IMG/VR virus record: IMGVR_UViG_3300042880_001179
Source: an uncultured virus (IMG/VR IMGVR_UViG_3300042880_001179)
Lineage: Duplodnaviria > Heunggongvirae > Uroviricota > Caudoviricetes
Reading direction: 5' to 3' (one strand)
DNA length: 64,000 bases
Shown here: positions 56,333-64,000 of the stretch, in pieces
How positions within the stretch are numbered: the stretch's first letter is position 1
How the letters are laid out: each line of letters starts with the position of its first letter
Made by a program: the position numbers and the translations under genes
Notes under the pieces: model-generated
Seen by the model: only the letters and a program-made list of their open reading frames with translations
Told to the model about the DNA's origin: nothing
The model's database searches: none

Positions 56333-57889
56333 ATGGCTGAATTGTGTCCTTTTGAAGTTGTTCCTTATAAAATCACAACAAATCCTAATCGTCCAACTCC
56401 TGTAAGCTTAAATTACACAAACCAAGATTTTTGGAGTTTGAAAAATAGGCTAATTACTTATTGTAGAGACAATTTTGGCACAGAGTTTACAGACTTTATC
56501 GAATCTAGTTTGGCAATAATGCTTATAGAAAACTGGGCATTTGTTGGCGACACGCTTTCTTTTAAAATTGACCAAGTAGCTAATGAGCTATTCATCAACA
56601 CGGTAACAGAATTAGACAGCGCTTTTCGCTTAGCTAAATTGGTAGGATTTCAGCCAACTCCACCGATTGCTGCCAAGAGTCAATGGACAGCAAGAATAAG
56701 CACTCCCCAGCAAATAAATTTGGAAATTCCTACACCACTTGATGTAAATCTGGTCAGCAACGAAGTCCCTTTGGTAATCGAATTGTTTCCTGCCGATCAA
56801 TATATGAGACCTATTTTTGACCAACCAATTATTATTCAAGCCGGTAGCTTGAGTAATAGCAACATAGTTGGTTTGGAAGGCCAAACGTTTACGCAAAACT
56901 TTGTGGGAACTGGTCAAATAAATCAGGTATTAACTCTTGAATTTGCTCCAGTTCTTTTGGATAGTGTTCGAGTCTATGTTGATGGTCAAAAATGGCGACA
57001 GGTTGCTTTTTTCACTGCTAGTCAGCCTTTGGCCGAGTATATGATAGAATACAACAGCAATTATCAAGTGTACGTTAGTTTTGGAAATAACAGGGCAGGA
57101 ATATCTCCATCTTTAGGAAGCAATATTACCATTGTATACAGAGTGGGCGGCGGCACTGTAGGCAATATAGTTAGCAACTTTGTCAGCCAAGATATACTTA
57201 TTCCATTAGAAGTTTTAGGATACAGTGTACCAGTCAATCTTTCCAACTATACAAGAGGGCAATTTGGATATGATGGTGATACAGTTGAAGATATCCGAAG
57301 AAAATTACCAGCATACGCAAATGTACAAAATAGAGCAGTAACAGGAAGTGATTACAAGAATTTGGTTGACCTATTTGTCAGTCCTTATAACGGACAAACA
57401 GGCAAAGGAATTGCCGCACTGAGACACAGCGGATGCTCTGCCAATCTTATTGTAATATATGTTCTAGTAAAAAGCGGCACAGATGGGTTGCAACTGCCCA
57501 CTTCTCAGTTCAAGTTGGAACTATATGAATACCTAGAAACAAAAAAGATGCTGACAGATTCCATCACTGTGCAGGATGGCACTATAGTTTTAGTCAGTCT
57601 AAATATAGATGTCTTCCTGACACCTCAATTTATACCTTTTGAAGAGGAAATTGGCGCATCGATTTATAGGGATTTGGCAATATTTTTCAACTTGCAGAAT
57701 TGGGAATACGGTCAAGCTTTGAGAAACATTGATGTTCTAAAGGCTCTCAGCGCCATTCCACAACCATACAGGTATGACATACAGTTTACAATAGATAACG
57801 ATACTAATAGAAATCCAAATGAAGTGATTGTCAATTTCTATGAAATTATTCGACCAGACCAGATTACTTTGAGATTCCATTATGAATAA
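56333..57889 (+). CDS. baseplate wedge subunit gp6/baseplate J-like
   Basis: LNYTNQDF..LK, FGN...G, YRVGGG..GN, QNRAVT..DY. Confidence 0.85.
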   Translation: MAELCPFEVVPYKITTNPNRPTPVSLNYTNQDFWSLKNRLITYCRDNFGTEFTDFIESSLAIMLIENWAFVGDTLSFKIDQVANELFINTVTELDSAFRLAKLVGFQPTPPIAAKSQWTARISTPQQINLEIPTPLDVNLVSNEVPLVIELFPADQYMRPIFDQPIIIQAGSLSNSNIVGLEGQTFTQNFVGTGQINQVLTLEFAPVLLDSVRVYVDGQKWRQVAFFTASQPLAEYMIEYNSNYQVYVSFGNNRAGISPSLGSNITIVYRVGGGTVGNIVSNFVSQDILIPLEVLGYSVPVNLSNYTRGQFGYDGDTVEDIRRKLPAYANVQNRAVTGSDYKNLVDLFVSPYNGQTGKGIAALRHSGCSANLIVIYVLVKSGTDGLQLPTSQFKLELYEYLETKKMLTDSITVQDGTIVLVSLNIDVFLTPQFIPFEEEIGASIYRDLAIFFNLQNWEYGQALRNIDVLKALSAIPQPYRYDIQFTIDNDTNRNPNEVIVNFYEIIRPDQITLRFHYE

Positions 57890-57898
57890 CGGTGCAAA

Positions 57899-60800
57899 AT
57901 GGCTTTAGTACCATACACAAATAGTCCAAAAGTAACAGACAAAATACTTTTTGATTTGTATACACCCGGTCCAGATGATTGCTTCACGCAAGTACCGGAA
58001 AGTTTTGATACTATAAAAATATTTTTTATATCCAGAAGTCAATCTAATACCAAAGACTTTTCTACTTCACAAACAGATGTGTTGCCAATTTTAGAAAGGC
58101 AACTATTTGTAACTGAGCAAGATTATTGCACAAGCACCAGTCAGTTGCAAAAACAAGAATTGCTTTTAAGAAAAGAAAGGATAGAATCTGAAATTAGAGC
58201 ATTAACTCTTTATCCAAATAGAACTAACACAACAGATATTAATACAACTGTTCCAAATAATTCGATATCTAATAATGTGCAATTGCCTACATTTGGCGGA
58301 AATACAACTTTTTATTCAGAAGCCAATACTGTATATTGTGCTGGAGAAACTTGTGCTCCGGGCAATTTGCCAATGTGGATATATGGTGAAGATAATTCGG
58401 CATCTCTAATACAGCAAGTGATTGATGACCCGGTTTTATCTAATGGACACTTTAGATTCATTTGGGAACCGGGATCTATAAAAGAGGGTGATTATTATAT
58501 TTGTTTTAGTTGGACTATGAGGCTTTCGGCTTATAAAAGCCAAGCGTATACAAGGTTTTTGCATTTTTACATAGAACCAAATATAAAAAACGAAGTGGCT
58601 ATTCCTTCCCATGGATGTCCCCCAGAGAAGTACATGACCTTGCTGACAAACTACATGCCAAGGATGTATGACTCCAACTACGCCAAACAAGACAAAAGTG
58701 TTTTTACACTTACTGCTTTGAATAAATCAGTTGCCAGTTCATTCACTGGACTTGATGACCAAGCCAGCAGACTTATAGATATATTGAATGCAAATTGCAC
58801 TCCAGAGCCTTATTTAAATTTCCTTGCACAGTATTTTGCCCTTAAACTTAGAGGAACCGACATTTCTCGATGGAGAGGACAGATAATAACTGCCATACCA
58901 CAATTTAAAAGAAAAGGCACTTTAGAGGCCCTTGTGCAGGCCTTTGACCAAGCTGGTATTGCGCTTACTGACTTTTATCAATATTGGCAAGTTACGCTGC
59001 CACAGATTTATACTCAAAGTTTTGTCTTTTCAGACACTTATGAATTTACTCTAGATAAATTCACAAGTAACACCCTGATGGCAGACTATAACGGGGATGG
59101 CTTATTTATTTTACAACTAGCTGAAGTTACAGCCATACCTCGGGAATTTGTTGACCAGTCTACAATATTAATAAATTTTGTACAAAATGCAGATGGCAGT
59201 ACCAGCATGATATGGGATGGCGCAAGCAAGCCCCTACAGACTGGCGACAGCATTAAAATAACTTATGTCACAGAAACCATGACTTCTCAGCAGGTTTCAC
59301 TGTGTCAATATTTCCTACAGTATTTGATACTGCAAGATGATAGGGATTATTTCCTCATCACTTCACATATGCCATCAAAGAACTGGAACGTTCGCTTGAT
59401 AACAACACAAGACCCATATTTTAGCTCCTTTGTTCCAATTATAAATCCTTTTTATAATCCGGTTGTTTTTGGACAAATTAGAACGGAATTTCCTTACTCG
59501 GAAAACGTTTACAACATGGATGAATATAACGGCAGTCTAAGAAACAGCACTAATCCTTCAGATATGGCAACTGATTTCCAAGAACCATGTAGTGGTGGAA
59601 TAAGTGCCGATTATGGTATAAATGTAATTATACAAAACCTAAGCGATTGGCGTTTGGATGAAGTAAGAGGAATCCTTCGTGATTATACTCCCTTTCACGC
59701 AAATTGTCGTACTTTAAATTTTGTTGGCGGTGTAGTTGAATACATGTTGCCACCAGTAGAAAATATCCAATGGTTAATGAAATATAATTACTCGGAATAT
59801 CTTATTGCTGGCGATGCGCAATTTGCATTTAATCGCAAAACCCTGTGGTATGATTTCAGCGGTGATCCTTACGCCAGCACCGATCCTGCCACATTAGGCA
59901 GAGTCAATTATATTAGAACTGATTTTGCCGATGAAGTTTTAACTCCTATATCTACTGGCACAATTACTCTATACAATGACAGTTTAGTATTGGCTCCAGT
60001 TACTCAAGTAGTTAATTACGAAAGTTTGCTTGTTGATTTAGGCAATTGTTTTCTTGAGATCCTTGATGGTCCAGAAATAGGCTCATATACTAATCCATTT
60101 TTATCAGTAGAGCCTTATAAATTAATATTTAATGGTGCAACAGCTGCCGCCATAGATCCTATAGTTGGCGATAGTTTCACATACAGAATTTCTAATAAAC
60201 TAATTAACGGTAATTTTTCCATAAACAATTCATATCAATTTTCAATTGCAGATATAAATGTCGATTATCTTATTTATGATATAAAAACGGTTTATCAAAA
60301 TGGCTCTATAGAGGCTTGGAGTGTACGCATAGGATCATCTGACTATCAAATTCTTTATGTAAACAATAATACAATATTTATAGAAAATAGCATTTCTAAT
60401 CCGCTCAGCACAACATCGGTTCAAGACTTATCTTATTCGATAGTTAAACCGGGAATTTATAGTCCTGACATTGTGACCACTTCCACAACTGGAGTGTATA
60501 ATGTATGTAAAATCGCCAAGGTGACTAGCGCAAGCCTGCCACAACAAAGTCTTGCTAATGTATGTGTACCAGTTCCTAGTCCTGAAATGTACTTTACTGT
60601 CAATGGAACTGATTTTTATAAGATTTATAGTTTAGACCAAACTGATTCTTTCTCATTTTACATATTAAATTACACCATAGGGTTAACGCCAACTTCGGTT
60701 GCTGGCACCGTGTACAATAGACTCACGGAAGCTTTGGGAACATTTGAATTTTCTGGATTAAAGGGACAGGCTTCTTGGCCTACTTTCTACAATCCTGAAC

Positions 60801-61246
60801 AGGTGGTTTTACGGACAGAATTAATCCCAGAACAATGTTTGCTGGAAGTTAATTATGGCAGTTCAATTTACATTTATACTATTCAGGTTGATTTCGGAGG
60901 ATTGCCCAGCGTTGCTCCCACATATGTTGGAATGTTGGGATATTTTGCCGACGTAGGCACAATTAATACCAACCCTGCAGGAACTTCATACTCTTATTCA
61001 CTATACCGTTACAATCCGATAGGCGCACCTCCAGTTGTTCCTGCTTTGTCTGGCCAGAATTTATATTATGTTACCAGAGCAGGACAAGAAGTTTGGAGCC
61101 AGACATTTAATTACAGCATGTCTTTTTACATGATGCCACAATCTAACTCTAATAAATCACCTGTAGATTTTGTCAAGAACAATGAGAAGGTTAAAATTAG
61201 CATAGAATTTAAAGATGGCCAAAAAGCCGAAGGGGATTTAACATGA
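57899..61246 (+). CDS. baseplate wedge gp7/P2 gpI-like protein with large beta-rich extension
   Basis: PEPYLNFLAQYF...RWR..I..AIP.FKRKGT..AL. Confidence 0.6.
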   Translation: MALVPYTNSPKVTDKILFDLYTPGPDDCFTQVPESFDTIKIFFISRSQSNTKDFSTSQTDVLPILERQLFVTEQDYCTSTSQLQKQELLLRKERIESEIRALTLYPNRTNTTDINTTVPNNSISNNVQLPTFGGNTTFYSEANTVYCAGETCAPGNLPMWIYGEDNSASLIQQVIDDPVLSNGHFRFIWEPGSIKEGDYYICFSWTMRLSAYKSQAYTRFLHFYIEPNIKNEVAIPSHGCPPEKYMTLLTNYMPRMYDSNYAKQDKSVFTLTALNKSVASSFTGLDDQASRLIDILNANCTPEPYLNFLAQYFALKLRGTDISRWRGQIITAIPQFKRKGTLEALVQAFDQAGIALTDFYQYWQVTLPQIYTQSFVFSDTYEFTLDKFTSNTLMADYNGDGLFILQLAEVTAIPREFVDQSTILINFVQNADGSTSMIWDGASKPLQTGDSIKITYVTETMTSQQVSLCQYFLQYLILQDDRDYFLITSHMPSKNWNVRLITTQDPYFSSFVPIINPFYNPVVFGQIRTEFPYSENVYNMDEYNGSLRNSTNPSDMATDFQEPCSGGISADYGINVIIQNLSDWRLDEVRGILRDYTPFHANCRTLNFVGGVVEYMLPPVENIQWLMKYNYSEYLIAGDAQFAFNRKTLWYDFSGDPYASTDPATLGRVNYIRTDFADEVLTPISTGTITLYNDSLVLAPVTQVVNYESLLVDLGNCFLEILDGPEIGSYTNPFLSVEPYKLIFNGATAAAIDPIVGDSFTYRISNKLINGNFSINNSYQFSIADINVDYLIYDIKTVYQNGSIEAWSVRIGSSDYQILYVNNNTIFIENSISNPLSTTSVQDLSYSIVKPGIYSPDIVTTSTTGVYNVCKIAKVTSASLPQQSLANVCVPVPSPEMYFTVNGTDFYKIYSLDQTDSFSFYILNYTIGLTPTSVAGTVYNRLTEALGTFEFSGLKGQASWPTFYNPEQVVLRTELIPEQCLLEVNYGSSIYIYTIQVDFGGLPSVAPTYVGMLGYFADVGTINTNPAGTSYSYSLYRYNPIGAPPVVPALSGQNLYYVTRAGQEVWSQTFNYSMSFYMMPQSNSNKSPVDFVKNNEKVKISIEFKDGQKAEGDLT

Positions 61247-61758
61247 AAAGCACAGACTCATTAAAAGCCAAGGGAAGCATCAAAGTCGATATCATTTATG
61301 GAAATGGAAAGAAATACATTCATGAATTTGACAATACTGTTCTCATAACTGGTAGAGAAGCTTTGGCAAAAGCACTCACGAATACCTTGGGCACTTGCCC
61401 TGCGGCCACCACAACATCAACGGGCGAATTGGTCCCATCTTTGTACATTAACGCCATGGTTTTTGGCAGTCAAGGTGTCGATGGAAGTGGCACACCAAAA
61501 GTAGTAAGTCCCGCAAGAACTGCACTTTATGGTCCTGCAGTGGTGAGTAAAGGCGTTAATAGCTATGTGGATGGAACTGTTACCACTAACGCCGTTTTTG
61601 TCGCCACTCTTCTTTTTGGTGATGCTGTTGGATATTCTATAAATGAAATGGCATTGCAACTCAGCGACAACTCTTTGTATAGCATGGTAACTTATCCTAG
61701 TTTGGTTAAATCGGCAGACATGCAAGTGACATTTACTTGGACCTTATCATTTGTCTAA
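61243..61758 (+). CDS. putative baseplate/tail structural protein
   Basis: NTVL.TGRE.LA...FG..G...INEMAL...K......TW.L.F; synteny. Confidence 0.55.
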   Translation: MKSTDSLKAKGSIKVDIIYGNGKKYIHEFDNTVLITGREALAKALTNTLGTCPAATTTSTGELVPSLYINAMVFGSQGVDGSGTPKVVSPARTALYGPAVVSKGVNSYVDGTVTTNAVFVATLLFGDAVGYSINEMALQLSDNSLYSMVTYPSLVKSADMQVTFTWTLSFV

Positions 61759-61792
61759 TCTAAAATTTCTTTTTAATCGATAAATAGTTATT

Positions 61793-62596
61793 ATGCCTAA
61801 TCTGCCAAATAACGTTCCGGTTTACGAACCAAATCAGCCATATTATTATACCTTTGATAATATGCCTATAGATTCTCTTATACAAAGAGATAATATTATA
61901 AATTCTCAGGTTGATATCAACACGCAAGTGTTGGAGGATGCCGGAGGATCGGCTGGAAGTCTTCCGGTTAGGCTTAACCAAAGCATGGATGAATATGGTA
62001 ATTTGACTCCATTAGCTGTCAACATAGCTATGCATAACATAGGATATCATGAAGATGGCGTTGGGCCTGACTATGTTTCGTATGTAAGAATGACGAGTGA
62101 AGAAAGAGCCAAACTCTCTTCAGTAGATGAGAATGCTACAAATGTTACTGTTGGAGTTCAAGTTGGCCCATCATTTGCGTCTTCTGCAGTGTATCCCAAT
62201 GTACAATTTGATAACGGGCAAGTAACTTTTGTGCCTTCTGCAACAGTCAACTGGTCTATACAAAATGGTCAAGAAATAATTGCAAATGTGGTTGCTCAAC
62301 CAGATGGCCATGTACACTATGACAATGTTACTCCAGTTAGTGCTAACACAACTCCAAACTACATTAATTATTTAACAGGAATTTCGGCTCCTTTTGAAAC
62401 AAATAGTTTGAAAGTTTTTATTAACGGCGTAAGAATTTTTCCAAGCAATTTAGTTTATGTGCCAACATCCGATCCTACTGATCCATGGGTACAAAACAGA
62501 TTTACGCCAACTACCGCCAAAACAGGATTTGCTTTAAATACTGCAATTACAGCGGCAGATGTAATCATTATTGATTTTATTGTAAGCGCCGGTTGA
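61793..62596 (+). CDS. putative virion structural protein
   Basis: TAAATA before ATG; SLKVFINGVRI beta-rich C-terminus. Confidence 0.6.
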   Translation: MPNLPNNVPVYEPNQPYYYTFDNMPIDSLIQRDNIINSQVDINTQVLEDAGGSAGSLPVRLNQSMDEYGNLTPLAVNIAMHNIGYHEDGVGPDYVSYVRMTSEERAKLSSVDENATNVTVGVQVGPSFASSAVYPNVQFDNGQVTFVPSATVNWSIQNGQEIIANVVAQPDGHVHYDNVTPVSANTTPNYINYLTGISAPFETNSLKVFINGVRIFPSNLVYVPTSDPTDPWVQNRFTPTTAKTGFALNTAITAADVIIIDFIVSAG

Positions 62597-62634
62597 AAAA
62601 AAACAGCTAATAGCTTCTAATTGAACATCTTCAA

Positions 62635-63174
62635 ATGGAGCGCAACATGCTATTTCAAAGCAAAAAATTAGATATGACCGTTGGTGTTCTGGCGCATGAA
62701 AAAGGATTGAATGAAATCAAAAAAACAATTGATTCTTTAAAAAATTTACAATACTCATACGAAAAAATTGTTGCAGTATTGCCAACTTCAGAAATTTGCA
62801 CTCTTCCTTTTGATAACACAAAGTTAATTAAAAAAGGCGATTGCCTAACAACCGCCATCGACTCTATTTGTGAAGTCGCACAAACAGAATGGGTTTATTT
62901 TATATTTGCAGGCATTACTGTGCCCAAAAATATTGATGATAAAAATTCAAAATATATTCAAAGCTATAAAGATATTTTATTCCCTGTAGTAAACAGAAAT
63001 TGGAATTTTGTAGAAGCAACTTTAAATGGCTTACTTTTGAGTAAGAAAGTACATGAGGAAGTGGGTGCATTTGGAACTAGCAATCACTTGGAACTTACTA
63101 AGTTAATGTGGGCAGACAAGGCTCTGCAAAAGGGTTGTAATTTCAAAGCTATAGTTGGGGCTAAATTAACATGA
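62635..63174 (+). CDS. hypothetical protein (truncated GT-A-like fold possible)
   Basis: IKKTIDSL...AQTEWVYFI...GLLL.K...EEVG.F. Confidence 0.55.
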   Translation: MERNMLFQSKKLDMTVGVLAHEKGLNEIKKTIDSLKNLQYSYEKIVAVLPTSEICTLPFDNTKLIKKGDCLTTAIDSICEVAQTEWVYFIFAGITVPKNIDDKNSKYIQSYKDILFPVVNRNWNFVEATLNGLLLSKKVHEEVGAFGTSNHLELTKLMWADKALQKGCNFKAIVGAKLT

Positions 63175-63812
63175 CACTAGAAAAATGTACAAAAATTTTA
63201 GATAAGCACAAGATTCCAAGCTGCCATTCTAATTTCCAAATAAGGAACTTTATTTTAGGCAAAGAGAGCAGTGATATAGGAAAATTTTGGCAGTGTGTCA
63301 GAGAACTTCAGGCCAGACAAGAAACTTTGCAAGCTTTAGAGACAGATTATCAAGATTTGCTAGATAATATCGAAATAGCTAAACTAGATTTGGAAGAAAT
63401 TCAACTTAAAAATATAGTAGCAAAAAATCCTGCTCTTAAAGAAATACGACAGAAAAAAACATTGATACAAGTAAGCAAACAAAAAAGAAATATTGATAGA
63501 CTTTACAAAACTAAACAATCTTTAGACTCTCAAAGAGAAAATATTCTTAAGGAAATGCAAGTTTTGGTGGAAGAATTTGAAAAATTATCAGAATTAGTTG
63601 CTTATAAGGATTTTGATGACGAGTCTGCCCAGCTTCAATATTGGACTCAAAAGTTTGAAAAAGAGTTAGTTTTAACGCAAACTTTAGGCTTACCGCCTAA
63701 TCCTGAGCTATTAAAAAGCTGTCTGGCTCTTCCTTCGGACAGTGCTTTGAAAAAAAACATTGAAGAAGCACTCTTAAACGCCAATAAAAAACTACTAAAA
63801 GAAAATAACTAA
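63171..63812 (+). CDS. coiled-coil hypothetical protein
   Basis: HSNFQIRNFI...WQCVREL then heptads. Confidence 0.7.
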   Translation: MTLEKCTKILDKHKIPSCHSNFQIRNFILGKESSDIGKFWQCVRELQARQETLQALETDYQDLLDNIEIAKLDLEEIQLKNIVAKNPALKEIRQKKTLIQVSKQKRNIDRLYKTKQSLDSQRENILKEMQVLVEEFEKLSELVAYKDFDDESAQLQYWTQKFEKELVLTQTLGLPPNPELLKSCLALPSDSALKKNIEEALLNANKKLLKENN

Positions 63813-63815
63813 TGT

Positions 63816-64000
63816 ATGGCCCTAGTAAAACTTAGCAGTAATATCGCCGGTTATCAAGACGGAGACTTATCTTTATACCCGGCAGCCCTTGATAGCTTCA
63901 ATAACTTATACGAGGTTTATAACAACAGCGTAACAGTTACTAAAGGTGCTACATCGATAACTGCCGATGTAATCATAGTCGATACAACCGATAATTTTCC
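63816..64000 (+). CDS. partial structural protein (runs off window)
   Basis: MALVKLSSNIAGYQDGDLSLYPAALDSFNNLYEV... open to window end. Confidence 0.6.
   Translation, partial: MALVKLSSNIAGYQDGDLSLYPAALDSFNNLYEVYNNSVTVTKGATSITADVIIVDTTDNF

Noticed and set aside
51086..61758. Bacterial extracellular contractile injection system or T6SS rather than phage
   Set aside because: The surrounding dense phage-type small genes, gp2-like gene, T4-like tags and absence of housekeeping operons indicate a phage tail module.
1..64000. Stop-codon reassignment (code 15 or 4) as seen in some large phages
   Set aside because: Long genes are intact and densely packed in code 11, and TAA, TGA and TAG all occur as genuine stops.

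Overview
The window looks like part of a large (jumbo-type) myovirus genome in standard genetic code, with no rRNA, confident tRNA or CRISPR array. It has four zones. (1) ~1-17.3 kb: an all-plus-strand array of small early-type genes. Almost every gene sits in its own expression cassette: a fixed-spacing promoter (GATATCAC box, TAA(A/G), 15 nt, GTCCGTA(A/G); 19 sites), often a helically phased upstream box CAACTTACTGTAG, a covarying 5' hairpin leader and a CCCCGG-type terminator. Cargo includes two DUF932 paralogues, DUF3846, DUF6011, a nuclease-like protein, microproteins, two candidate structured ncRNAs and a Z1-type helicase/methyltransferase module. (2) ~17.3-18.3 kb: a switch in gene strand and G/C skew, with repeats, possibly an origin or genome end. 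(3) ~18-42 kb: mixed-orientation accessory genes. About 20 begin with an MKxF(K/Q)E(W/Y/F)LxE-like peptide resembling the T4 capsid-targeting sequence and carry ParB-, ART-, GNAT-, FHA-, HExxH- or NTase-like domains; others are SpeD-, ClpP-, sulfotransferase-, glycosyl/methyltransferase- and degenerate CCA-enzyme-like genes. (4) ~42.5-64 kb: a contractile tail/baseplate operon with a 2670-aa tape measure protein and gp53-, hub-, gp5-, gp25-, gp6- and gp7-like genes. All family assignments are from motif recognition by eye; no database search was run.
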